Assembly (NCBI GenBank): GCA_965248925.1
Contig: CBDFLE010000005.1
Location: 1,824,001 to 1,888,000, forward strand
DNA from: Candidatus Multivoradales bacterium
GTDB lineage: Bacteria; Acidobacteriota; Thermoanaerobaculia; Multivoradales; J023
DNA: 64,000 nt
Direction: 5' to 3'
In this document: in pieces, positions 1-9,185 of the stretch
Layout of the letters: each line of letters opens with the position of its first letter
Position numbering within the stretch: position 1 is the first letter of the stretch
The notes under the pieces: generated by a model
What the model saw: only the letters and a program-made list of their open reading frames with translations
The model's database searches: none
What the model was told of the DNA's origin: nothing
Program-made: the position numbers and the translations under genes

Positions 1-25
1 GTGGGGGAAGTCCAGTTCGCGCTTT

Positions 26-520
26 GTGGAGAATGACATTAGGGCCTTTGTGCCCTCGGCTTGGACCGGCCACTTAGGAAGGCGCGAGGTGACCGTATTG
101 GACGCTTCCATCAGCCGCCGAAGCGCCAAGAGTGAACGGGAGGTCGGTAAATCGATCAAGAACCGGGACTTCACCGTGATCAGTTGCCGTCCGGACGGTG
201 ATCGGGTTCCTCCCGACTTTCTCATTGAAGAGAGGGTTCTCTTTAAGGGGCAAGTCAGGGGTGAGCGCTCGGTGAATGGCCCCGCCTTGATGGGAAAGCA
301 CTACTTTCTTTTCTCCGACGCTCCCCAAGAGGAACTGGAACCTTGGATTACTCCGCGCCTTCGCGACCAGCTGGGCCAAGTTCGTTTGTGGGACTTGGCG
401 GTGCACCGAGGGGTGTTTTACTTGACGCGAACCACCTTTTACCCCGAGAAGGCTGCCGCGATCCCCGATTTCTTGAGGGAAGGGGAAGCCTTGCTCGCGG
501 GGCTCTTCGCTGCCCAATGA
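26..520 (+). CDS. hypothetical protein, probably 5'-partial
   Basis: 164-aa ORF; the frame stays open to the left window edge; no recognised motif. Confidence 0.55.
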   Translation: MENDIRAFVPSAWTGHLGRREVTVLDASISRRSAKSEREVGKSIKNRDFTVISCRPDGDRVPPDFLIEERVLFKGQVRGERSVNGPALMGKHYFLFSDAPQEELEPWITPRLRDQLGQVRLWDLAVHRGVFYLTRTTFYPEKAAAIPDFLREGEALLAGLFAAQ

Positions 521-760
521 TGGGATTTCGAGAGTAACTTAAAGTCGAAGGAAAGATTCAATTGAAAAATGAGATCCATACGACGGACGCCAAGGAGGAT
601 ATCCGGCTAACGGGTAGTTGGGGTCACTACTTGGTCGTAGATGCCGCCTAGGAACTAGCTGCGGCGGACACTGCCCGAGCATGTCGGTCTCGGTTCCGGC
701 GCTTTGAGTGAGCCTCCCAATCTCTGACTGGCAGGGGCTCGGCAAGAAATCCTGGGTGCA

Positions 761-840
761 TGGCCCGATCCGTCCGCCTTGTGTCCGTTAACGGTCTCTT
801 GCTTGAGGATCCGAGGGATATATAATGTCCGATATGGACC
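761..840 (+). promoter_or_regulatory. AraC-type operator plus sigma70-like promoter (copy 1)
   Basis: Ungapped 57/80-nt match to 3394-3473; TGGCCC and TGTCCG boxes 21 bp apart; TATAAT at 821-826. Confidence 0.6.
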
Positions 841-974
841 AGAGCCACTCCGCCGGTCAGATGGCACTGAAAGCTCAAGGCTATCTGGCGATTCCCAGTT
901 CACCGGTGTTTCGCAGTCAGCGCTCCGCCGATTTCGGAAGCCGTTGGCAGCGCTAGAGACTTGGAGAGGTTTTG

Positions 975-1280
975 ATGATTGTCCGAATCTGGCACGGTCG
1001 TACCCAGCGGAGCAGCGCAGAAGAGTACTCGAGGTTTCTCGAGAAGCGGGCTATTCCTGACTATCGGTCAGTGGCCGACATCATCGAGGTGCAGGTGCTC
1101 CGTCGCGATGATGGAGAGGTGACTCACTTCCTTACAGTGACGCGCTGGGAGTCCGAAGAAGCGATCCGGTCGTTCGCTGGGCTGGATATCCTCAAGGCGA
1201 AGTACTACCCCGAAGACGACGATTTTCTGCTCGAGTTCGAACCTGAGGTCCAGCACTTTGAGATTGTTGCCACCGGCTAG
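975..1280 (+). CDS. antibiotic biosynthesis monooxygenase (ABM)-like small protein
   Basis: MIVRIWHGRT...HFLTVTRWESEEAIRSFAG...AKYYPEDDDFLLE pattern; GGAGAGG RBS. Confidence 0.8.
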   Translation: MIVRIWHGRTQRSSAEEYSRFLEKRAIPDYRSVADIIEVQVLRRDDGEVTHFLTVTRWESEEAIRSFAGLDILKAKYYPEDDDFLLEFEPEVQHFEIVATG

Positions 1281-1369
1281 CGTTGGCAGCCGGGTGAGCG
1301 AGCCGTGCATCGACATCGTTGGGAAACCCGAGCAGCGAGCCCCCTTTTCGGCGTCGCATGGTTGCCCTT

Positions 1370-1916
1370 GTTAGGCCCTAACTATCCGTTAGGCCGATGA
1401 CCATAGCTAAGTACTCTAGTGATTTGCCAATGGCCGTTTTGATTTCTCCACACACTTACGAAATCTGCCAGCCCTTCGCAATCACTACTATCAAATTGGA
1501 AAAACCGATGAGAACCAAGAGCAATGGCGCCGAAGCCTTTTATTGGGAAAACCTTTAACGTTTCCGGAACGAGCACGCGCCGGAAATTGCCGCACACATA
1601 TTTCTCTGTATTGGCGATCATCTCCTTTCGTGACCAAGTAACTCCGCCATTGTCGTGATAAAACTCAACGCCTGCTGCAAAATAGCTGGCATGCTTTTCA
1701 AGCTGTGCTAGAGAGCTGCAATTGTTAAAAGCGTTGAATACAGCAGTGTCAAGTTTTGAGATAGTTTCATACAATGGATCGGCGACTTGAGCAGTGACGG
1801 ATTGCTCGCCAGCGGCTGAGCAACCGGAGACTGCCAGCGTCATGACAGAGAAAAATAATCTAAAGTGTGTGCTGCGATTTTTCATGTGATCTCCGTACAG
1901 ATTATGAGGGCCTAAC
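1370..1916 (-). mobile_element. integron-type gene cassette remnant with partial attC
   Basis: On the minus strand GTTAGGC lies just before the RBS/ATG and GCCTAAC just after the stop; the two form a 10-bp inverted match (1370-1379 and 1907-1916); the gene is AT-richer than its flanks. Confidence 0.55.
1382..1885 (-). CDS. NTF2-like/DUF4440 family lipoprotein
   Basis: Lipobox VSGC; LDTAVFNAFNNC, EFYHDNGG and WQITRVLSYGH motifs. Confidence 0.8.
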   Translation of the reverse strand: MKNRSTHFRLFFSVMTLAVSGCSAAGEQSVTAQVADPLYETISKLDTAVFNAFNNCSSLAQLEKHASYFAAGVEFYHDNGGVTWSRKEMIANTEKYVCGNFRRVLVPETLKVFPIKGFGAIALGSHRFFQFDSSDCEGLADFVSVWRNQNGHWQITRVLSYGHRPNG

Positions 1917-2074
1917 GAGACTGCAGGTTAACCCAGGGTGAAAAACTGGCCGGCTCCTTGGCACCGGGGCGACGACCAGAACGGTGAGCGCAGCCGATGC
2001 CCGAGCCAGCATATGCCCAATTACCATGAGGTTACTTAACCACGCGATGATCCGCGCCCGCAAGCTTTTGGGCG

Positions 2075-2929
2075 TCAGTCGACGCGTGACTCGTCCGGCA
2101 CGTGATAGCCGAGCGCGGTGAGCAAGCGCACGCTGGCCTCGAACCGGGCCCGGGTGAAATCCTTGTGGTCGAACGGGTCGTCGGCAAACAGGACTGTGGC
2201 GAAGCACACCCGCGTCTCCCCATCGAGGCAGCCGGTATACCAACCGCGATTGGTGTCCGACGCGCGGCGGAACCACCCGGTCTTGCCGCGCAACACCGCG
2301 ACGTCATCGCGACTGCGCTCGGTCATGGCGAGGACGTGGTCGGTCGCCGCCTGGCTCACCCCGAACTCACCGTCGTGAAACCGATGCCAAAACGTGACCT
2401 GCTCGACGGCGGAGATTCGCAGAGACGCATCGAGCCAGAACACATCCACCGCGCCGCCGATGGTTCGATTGCCGTAGTCGAAGCGCTCCAGAGCGGCTTG
2501 CATACGTTCGACACCGACCATCCGCGCAACGGCCTGGAAGTACCATACCACCGAGTGGCGAATCGCCGACGCGAGGCTGTGATCGCGGTTCCATGTGTCG
2601 AGCCAGCGTTCCTCGCCATCCCACGGCAACTCGTGCTGTGGCCCGTCGAGCACACCGTAGTCGAGGGCGAGCAGCGCGTTCGGAACTTTGAATGTAGACG
2701 CTGGCGGAAAGCGTTCGTCGCACAGGACACCGCCGACACACACGAGCGTATCGGCGCCGACCTCGCGGGCGACGAACACGCCTTCGTAGCCGGACTCGAG
2801 CAAGATTGGCATGAGGTCGTCTCGGGCTGGATCGTACGGCCCGGAACTCTCGGAGCTCTCGGGGCTCGACGAGCACGCAGCCAGCGCCGCCAACACGCAC
2901 ACCCAGAGATGAAGCTGCAGCCTCGTCAT
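2075..2929 (-). CDS. class D beta-lactamase-like (OXA/YbxI) lipoprotein
   Basis: PASTFK (SxxK), SVV, YGN, FWLD and KTG motifs; lipobox LAAC. Confidence 0.85.
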   Translation of the reverse strand: MTRLQLHLWVCVLAALAACSSSPESSESSGPYDPARDDLMPILLESGYEGVFVAREVGADTLVCVGGVLCDERFPPASTFKVPNALLALDYGVLDGPQHELPWDGEERWLDTWNRDHSLASAIRHSVVWYFQAVARMVGVERMQAALERFDYGNRTIGGAVDVFWLDASLRISAVEQVTFWHRFHDGEFGVSQAATDHVLAMTERSRDDVAVLRGKTGWFRRASDTNRGWYTGCLDGETRVCFATVLFADDPFDHKDFTRARFEASVRLLTALGYHVPDESRVD

Positions 2930-2985
2930 GAACCAACCAACGTACGACCCGTGCCGACTATTCCCGGACTACCACCACTCGCATC

Positions 2986-3309
2986 GTGACACCTGCACGA
3001 GTCACCGCCCACCCCGACTTCGGCAGCCAGACCTACGACGTCCTCGACATTTCGTTCGAGGCGATCGCGGAGGTCGACTTCGTCTACATTCAGCGAGGTA
3101 CCGAGGCGCTCACCGTCGGGTCGTTGCGGCGTTTTGTCCTCACCCAGGACACCGGAGGTGCGATTCGCTGGGCCCACCGTGCCGACTTCCTCTGGGGACG
3201 GGGCGACGACGACGCAATGCGCGCCGGAGTGATAAAGCAGCCAGGAAAGCTGTACGTCCTGATGGCGAAGACGGCCACACCGGCGCCTGCACAGCCGTCA
3301 GAGAGGTAG
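2986..3309 (+). CDS. hypothetical protein
   Basis: 107-aa ORF with protein-like composition filling the gap divergent from the OXA-like gene. Confidence 0.5.
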   Translation: MTPARVTAHPDFGSQTYDVLDISFEAIAEVDFVYIQRGTEALTVGSLRRFVLTQDTGGAIRWAHRADFLWGRGDDDAMRAGVIKQPGKLYVLMAKTATPAPAQPSER

Positions 3310-3393
3310 CGCTCGGAGAACCAGACTGCCAGCTTGTGTGGCTGTATCTATCTTCAAGGCGCTGGCGAGGTGCTGCCGCCGAGCCCTGGGATT

Positions 3394-3473
3394 TGGCCCG
3401 ATCCGTCCACTTCGTGTCCGCTTGCAGCCTTGCGATTAAAGATTCGACATCCTTATGATGTCCGAGATGGACC
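3394..3473 (+). promoter_or_regulatory. AraC-type operator plus promoter of the GlxA-family regulator (copy 2, probably leaderless)
   Basis: TTGCGA-N18-TATGAT (3430-3459); in-frame ATG 7 nt after the -10 box; homologous to 761-840. Confidence 0.6.
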
Positions 3474-4456
3474 GCACCCATGCTACCGAACCTCTCGACC
3501 CACGGCCCCGGCGGCAGGTCGCTTTCCTGTTGCTGCCGGACGCCCACCTGCTCGATCTCGCCGGGGCGACGCAGGCCTTCTACGAGGCGGACCGTTTGGG
3601 AGGCCGCTACCGGCTCCGCCACGTTGGGGTCGAGCCGGAGGTGGTTACGGCCCAAGGGCTCGTGCTCGCCGGGCTCGAGCCGCTGTCAGAGGTTGGCCCG
3701 GAGGACATCGTCGTCGTCCCCGGTACCGACTCGGAGCGGCTCGACGACCTCGCCCCGGCGGTGCCGCGGGAGTGGCTGGCGGCCGCGCACGCCGCGGGAG
3801 CGACCGTCTGCTCGGTCTGCACCGGCGCTTTCGCCCTCGGGCTCGCCGGCCTCCTCGAAGGCCGCGAGTGCACCAGCCACTGGCGCATCGTGGCGCGCTT
3901 GGCGCGCCAGTTCCCGCGCGCCCGCGTGCTCGAGGACCGGCTGTTCGTCAAGAACGACCGTGTCTACACCAGCGCCGGCGTCGCCTCGGGGATCGACCTC
4001 GCCCTGTCGATAATCGAGGACGACAACGGCCCCCTGGTTGCCGCGCGGGTGGCCCGCGAACTCGTCGTCTACATGCGCCGCAACGGCTCGAACGGGCAGC
4101 AGAGCGTCTTTCTCGACTACCGCACCCATCTGCACCTGGGCGTGCACCGGGTCCAGGACTGGCTCTTGGCGCACCCAAGCTTCAGCCCGACACTCGCCGA
4201 ACTCGCCGCCATCGCCGGGATGAGCCCCCGCCACCTCACTCGCAGGTTCCGCGACCTCACCGGCATCAGCGTCAAGGAATTCTCCCATGCGCTCAAACTC
4301 GCGGTGGCGCAGAACCTCCTCTGTAACCCCAGCCTGACCATCGCCGCCGTCGCGAGCCGTTGCGGGTTTGACGATGCGCGGCAGCTTCGCCGCCTCTGGC
4401 GGCGCCACTTTCAGACCAGCCCCGCGGCCTGGCGCGAGCGTGAACTCGCCACCTGA
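3467..4456 (+). CDS. GlxA-family transcriptional regulator (DJ-1/PfpI plus AraC HTH)
   Basis: CSVCTGAF and YTSAGVASGIDLAL motifs; C-terminal AraC HTH (MSPRHLTRRF, VASRCGF). Confidence 0.92.
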   Translation: MDRTHATEPLDPRPRRQVAFLLLPDAHLLDLAGATQAFYEADRLGGRYRLRHVGVEPEVVTAQGLVLAGLEPLSEVGPEDIVVVPGTDSERLDDLAPAVPREWLAAAHAAGATVCSVCTGAFALGLAGLLEGRECTSHWRIVARLARQFPRARVLEDRLFVKNDRVYTSAGVASGIDLALSIIEDDNGPLVAARVARELVVYMRRNGSNGQQSVFLDYRTHLHLGVHRVQDWLLAHPSFSPTLAELAAIAGMSPRHLTRRFRDLTGISVKEFSHALKLAVAQNLLCNPSLTIAAVASRCGFDDARQLRRLWRRHFQTSPAAWRERELAT

Positions 4457-4458
4457 CC

Positions 4459-6594
4459 GTGACAGGAGACCGTATCGTGCCCAGCTCCCGACTCGTGCCC
4501 GTCCTGCTCGCCCTCGCTGTCCTCGTCCCGTTGGCCGCTCCGGCGGCGGAGCCCGCGCCCGAGGCCGGCTGGGTCTGCCCGCCCTGTGTCCACAGCGACC
4601 TCGACAGGATCTACGACGAACCCGGCCAATGCCCGATCTGCGGCATGCGCCTGATTCCCCGGAGCGAGCTGGTCTACGCCGCCATTCTCGTCTTCGACGG
4701 CGTCCAGATCATCGACTTCGCCGCTCCCTACGAGGTCTTCGGACAGGCCGGCTTTTACGCCTACACCGTCTCGCCCGACGGCGGCCCGATCACCACTACC
4801 ATGGACATGCATGTGACACCGCACTACGGGCTCGACGACGCTCCCCGGCCCGATGTCCTACTGGTCCCCGGAGGCCAGGTCGACGAAATGCGCGCCGACG
4901 AGAGAGTGCTCGCCTGGATCCGGGAGAGCGCCGCCAGGGCCGACCATGTGCTGTCCGTCTGCACCGGCGCCTTTCTTCTGGCCGAAGCAGGGCTGCTCGA
5001 CGGCACCCCTGCCACTACTTTCCACAACGCCCTGGACGATCTCGCCGTCGCCTTTCCCGCCGTGGAGGTGGTCCGCGGGGTCCGCTTCGTCGATAACGGC
5101 AAGGTCGTCACAGCGGCGGGCCTGTCAGCCGGCCTCGACGCGGCGATCCATCTGGTGAAGGAGATCCAAGGCCCGCAGGCGGCCCGGAGACTTGCCGAGC
5201 ACATCGAGTACGCGTGGGATGGTGAGCCTGGTGAGCCGGAGCCGGTGGGGCGGAAGCTGTCCGCCGAACGGCTCCACGCCTACGACGGGGTCTACGAGTT
5301 CGAAGGCGGGGGGCGAGCGACCCTCGCCGGGTCGCCTAAGGACCGCGCTCTGTACGCCTTCATCGAAGGTGCACGCTACCCGCTCGTGGCGCTCGCCGCC
5401 GACGCCTTCCTCGCCACCAATGGCAAAGAGCTGCTCTTCGTTCGCGGCGAGGACGGGGAGGTCGAGGGCTATCGGACGCGGGGAGACGACTCGGCGGGAG
5501 TCTACCGGCGGCTGGAGCAGGGGGTCGAGCTGCCGGCGAGCACCTGGTTCGCGCGCCCGCAGGCCCGGGAGGGTGCCTTCCAGTACGAGTATTCGCCGCC
5601 GCCTGACCTCGGCGACGGTCTCGCCGTCGGCACGCTCGCCGGCACCGGACTCTCCCCGGACCTGCTGCAGGATCTGGTCGAACGCATCGTCGACGGCACC
5701 TACCCCGACATCCACAGCTTGCTGATCGCCAAGGACGGCAAGCTCGTCATCGAGGAGTATTTCTACCAGTACGGGCACGGGACAGCGCATCAGCTCCGCT
5801 CGGCCACCAAGAGCGTCGTCTCGGCGCTGGTGGGCATCGCTATCGAGCAGGGGCTGATCACCGGGGTCGAGGCGAGGGTCCTGCCCTTCTTCGAGGAGTA
5901 CCAGCTGCTCGCCAACCCGGCGGACGAGAAGGCGGCAATCCGCATCGTCGATCTCCTCACCCAACGCTCCGGCCTCGACTGCGACGACTGGGATGCCGGC
6001 TCGCCGGGCAACGAGGTTCGGATGATCGAGACGGAGGACTGGGTGCGATTCGTCCTCGACCTGCCAATGGCTGCCCCGCCGGGGCAGGTTACTTCGTACT
6101 GCTCCGGCGGCGTGATCCTGCTGGGGAGGATCGTCGAGAAGGTCACCGGTATGCTGCTCCCAGCGTTTGCCGAGAAGTACCTCTTCGGGCCTTTGGGGAT
6201 CAGCGACTACCGCTGGCGCTTCGCGCCCGACCACTCCAGCGTGCAGACCTTCTGCCAGCTTTCCTTACCGCCGCGCGACATGATGAAGCTCGGCATGCTC
6301 TTCGCCGCCGGCGGCCGCTGGAACGGACTGCAGGTTCTCTCTGAGGCGTGGATCCGGGAATCGACCGGCAAGCACTCGCGCCTCGATGGCTCGGACTACG
6401 GCTACCTCTGGTGGCACCACGATCTGGAGGGCGGCGGCACGAAGAGGCATGCGCTCCTCGCCACCGGCAACGGCGGCCAGAAGATCCATCTCTGGGAGGA
6501 ACTCGGCCTGATCACCGTGCTTACCGGCGGCTACTACAACCGCCAGTCCCCGGCCAACGAGATCCTCAGCCGCTACGTACTCGCCTCATTCTGA
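4459..6594 (+). CDS. exported fusion: Cys-rich metal-binding motif + DJ-1/PfpI + class C beta-lactamase-like serine hydrolase
   Basis: Signal peptide; CPPC...CPICGM; SVCTGA (DJ-1 Cys); RSATKS (SxxK), YCS, ATGNGGQ. Confidence 0.85.
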   Translation: MTGDRIVPSSRLVPVLLALAVLVPLAAPAAEPAPEAGWVCPPCVHSDLDRIYDEPGQCPICGMRLIPRSELVYAAILVFDGVQIIDFAAPYEVFGQAGFYAYTVSPDGGPITTTMDMHVTPHYGLDDAPRPDVLLVPGGQVDEMRADERVLAWIRESAARADHVLSVCTGAFLLAEAGLLDGTPATTFHNALDDLAVAFPAVEVVRGVRFVDNGKVVTAAGLSAGLDAAIHLVKEIQGPQAARRLAEHIEYAWDGEPGEPEPVGRKLSAERLHAYDGVYEFEGGGRATLAGSPKDRALYAFIEGARYPLVALAADAFLATNGKELLFVRGEDGEVEGYRTRGDDSAGVYRRLEQGVELPASTWFARPQAREGAFQYEYSPPPDLGDGLAVGTLAGTGLSPDLLQDLVERIVDGTYPDIHSLLIAKDGKLVIEEYFYQYGHGTAHQLRSATKSVVSALVGIAIEQGLITGVEARVLPFFEEYQLLANPADEKAAIRIVDLLTQRSGLDCDDWDAGSPGNEVRMIETEDWVRFVLDLPMAAPPGQVTSYCSGGVILLGRIVEKVTGMLLPAFAEKYLFGPLGISDYRWRFAPDHSSVQTFCQLSLPPRDMMKLGMLFAAGGRWNGLQVLSEAWIRESTGKHSRLDGSDYGYLWWHHDLEGGGTKRHALLATGNGGQKIHLWEELGLITVLTGGYYNRQSPANEILSRYVLASF

Positions 6595-6829
6595 GCTGAG
6601 GCGGGGCAGGTGGTGGCGACCGGTCCATGCCTGGGGCGCTCCGGGCGTTAACGGCACCGTTCTCAACCTACCAAAGTTCGCCGAAGCCATCGCGAGAGGT
6701 CTGCAAGGTCTGGTAGTGAGCGGCGCCGGCCGTGCGCTTCTCGGGTGGAGTGCGTTTGAGTCATTGAAGCCCGACAGCAAGCATCAGGGCGGAAACCACC
6801 GGACCCATGAGGGGCCAAAGGAGACGAAC

Positions 6830-7348
6830 GTGAGGTTGAAGCAGACGATCCTTGTACTCGGAGGACTCATCCCGCTGCTCGTAGCGGGATGCGCGGCAGC
6901 CGCAGTGGATCAGTGCACTGTGGAGATGTCGGGAGAGACTCGCTCCTTCGACAACGTGTACGCGGTGCGCGCGCACGACCCCTACGACCTCGATGATTCA
7001 ACTCGCCTAACGCGCCTGCTCTGCTTCGAGGCAGAAATTCCACAGCCAGCCTTGGCGACGGAAGAGAACCTCATGAAGTGGATGAGACAAGAAGAACCCA
7101 ACGGCCTGGTGATCGAAATTCGAGATACCGGCGACGTGGTCAAGGTTATGAGGATGGAAGATGGGGACTTCCCAGTCCATTGGGGAGGCCCGTTTGGAGG
7201 CTCATCGAAGGTGGGTTTCACCGGCAGCAACGATGCCGAATCGATCATCGGTACGGTGACCACGTCCTCACCGCTGGAAGACGGCAACAGCGGACACAGC
7301 ATCGAGTTGTCCGCCACTCTGGACCATGCCATCGATGTGACCTGGTGA
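6830..7348 (+). CDS. hypothetical lipoprotein, paralog of the next gene
   Basis: AAGGAG RBS before GTG at 6830; lipobox VAGC. Confidence 0.7.
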   Translation: MRLKQTILVLGGLIPLLVAGCAAAAVDQCTVEMSGETRSFDNVYAVRAHDPYDLDDSTRLTRLLCFEAEIPQPALATEENLMKWMRQEEPNGLVIEIRDTGDVVKVMRMEDGDFPVHWGGPFGGSSKVGFTGSNDAESIIGTVTTSSPLEDGNSGHSIELSATLDHAIDVTW

Positions 7349-7451
7349 CCTGGGCCGATCGGTACCGAGGTGAGCTGCTGGGGAGCTTCTCGAGTACCTC
7401 GAGCAGGAAGGACGCCGGAATGAACAAGCTGGAAACCCAAGGAGAACTCAC

Positions 7452-7928
7452 ATGAAGGTCACTATCTGTGTACTGATTGCACTCGTCTTGAGCTCCGGGG
7501 TTGGCGCTTCGGAGTGCGGCTTGACGGTGGATGGCGAGACGATCGTGTTCCCGCACGTTCTCGCTATCGGCAAGCCGAACGACTTCGATGCCACCAAGGA
7601 AGACGTCACGATCTACTGCTTCCGTGAGGAAGTGCCGGCGGAAAAGCGGTCGCCCTCTGAGCTGATCTGGGTCCACAGGAGCGATCGTATGCGGATCACC
7701 GTCGCCTCCAGCGGGCAGGTCACATGGGTCGAAGTCACCACGGAGGAGCTGAGCGGCTCCATCTCGGGCGTTGGATTCGGAGTCGGGTTCGAGGGCGCCA
7801 GGAAGTCGGGGGGAAACCTGGAAGGCGAGATCACCACCACGAGAGATCTCGTCACGCACTTCGACGGCGAAGAGAGCGCGCCTTGGAGAGTGTCTGCGGG
7901 CCTCGACGTTACGGTGATGTCGGAGTAG
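7452..7928 (+). CDS. hypothetical exported protein, paralog of the previous gene
   Basis: AAGGAG RBS; signal peptide; shares C..GET..F..V.A, CF..E.P, GF.G and SA.LD with 6830-7348. Confidence 0.75.
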   Translation: MKVTICVLIALVLSSGVGASECGLTVDGETIVFPHVLAIGKPNDFDATKEDVTIYCFREEVPAEKRSPSELIWVHRSDRMRITVASSGQVTWVEVTTEELSGSISGVGFGVGFEGARKSGGNLEGEITTTRDLVTHFDGEESAPWRVSAGLDVTVMSE

Positions 7929-7970
7929 ACGAGGTGCAAGGTCAAGGTCTGTCGCGGCGCCGCCTAGGCG

Positions 7971-8483
7971 CTACGAGCTCGTCGATGTGTCGATCAGCTC
8001 AGCGAAGCGATTGAGTAGATCCGGCGCATGCTTGGCGAGGTAGGCGGCAACCTCTCGTTGCTCCACATCCGCTCTGACAAGGCGCACGATGTCTGCGCGA
8101 TCCTGGGGACGATTCGCCGAGAGCTTCATCAGGATCAGGGCCTCGGGGGCGATCACATGCACCTCGCCGGCTTTGACGATGGCGAGTTGATCGAGCAGGC
8201 ACGGGTAGGTGTCAGGCACGGCGAGAAGATCGATGACTCCCTTCTCGACGCGGTTCCTCAGCTCCTCGCGGAAGACCAGGGTCGGCGACGTTGTCTCGAA
8301 CGCCTCGGATCCGACGAGGTAGTCCACATCGCTCGTGGCGCGAGGGAAGCCGTTGAGTCCCACGGCGAGTCCGCCGACCAACGCGTGCGGAATCTGGAGC
8401 TTGACCAGCAGTTCCCCCATCTCGATAGCGTCTTCGATGACCCTCGGCGAGACCGCCGCTTCGAGCTCCTGCAGACGGCTCAT
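7971..8483 (-). CDS. nucleotidyltransferase (DUF6036/AbiEii-like)
   Basis: VGGLAV, RATSDVDYL (DxD) and LILMK...RPQDRAD motifs. Confidence 0.8.
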   Translation of the reverse strand: MSRLQELEAAVSPRVIEDAIEMGELLVKLQIPHALVGGLAVGLNGFPRATSDVDYLVGSEAFETTSPTLVFREELRNRVEKGVIDLLAVPDTYPCLLDQLAIVKAGEVHVIAPEALILMKLSANRPQDRADIVRLVRADVEQREVAAYLAKHAPDLLNRFAELIDTSTSS

Positions 8484-8941
8484 CCATGTTCCTTGCCGAC
8501 GATGGCCTGCATCCCGTTCTCATATTCGACAGCAGCGAGCGAGCGGGGCCTGCGTTCCGGCGACAGCGCCGCCTGAGCACGAATTCGCTCCCTGAAATCA
8601 GGCTCGACGCGATGAGTGTGGGGCCGAGCCGGCGGCGCCGGCCCAAGCGACTCGGCCCCACTCGGACGGACCCAGTACCGCCCCGGGAACTTCTCGATTC
8701 TGTCCGCCCTGGACGCGACCCGGGCCAGGTCGTAATCTACCTGCAGGTCCATGAACCATTTCGGCGGCACGCCGAAGAACGCTCCGAGCCGCACGGCCGT
8801 GTCCGCAGTGATCGCGCGCTTACCGTGCATGATCTGTGAGATCCGCATCTGGTCGACGGCGATGCTCTTCGCCAGCCGGTAGGGGGTGATGCCCAAGGGG
8901 TCTAGAAAGCGCTTCTTGAGTAGCTCGCCGGGATGCTGCAT
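8480..8941 (-). CDS. higA: HigA-family antitoxin HTH with C-terminal extension
   Basis: HPGELLKKRFLDPLGITPYRLAK...AITADTAVRL...WFMDLQ..YDL; 4-nt overlap with the NTase gene. Confidence 0.85.
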   Translation of the reverse strand: MQHPGELLKKRFLDPLGITPYRLAKSIAVDQMRISQIMHGKRAITADTAVRLGAFFGVPPKWFMDLQVDYDLARVASRADRIEKFPGRYWVRPSGAESLGPAPPARPHTHRVEPDFRERIRAQAALSPERRPRSLAAVEYENGMQAIVGKEHG

Positions 8942-9185
8942 GTTCCAGAGCTTAGTGTTTGTCGATAGTATCGTCAAACACTAAGCTCGCCGCAGCCTGC
9001 GCATCTTGAATCGTAGGCAAGCGGATTGGTTCCTTCAAGCCGGTGCCAGATCCTGCCGTGCGGTTGCTCGGAAAGCGGCGTTTGAATAGTCAGTGGAAGA
9101 GCGGCGCGATTAAGCGGGAGGTACTGACCGGAGCATTGACCCGCCGAGGAGATTCGCCGCCGGGTCACCATGAGAGGAGATCCCA

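Noticed and set aside
2102-6234. Long alternative-frame ORFs (2102-2989, 3334-4326, 5125-6234)
   Set aside because: They overlap well-supported genes and carry no recognisable motifs
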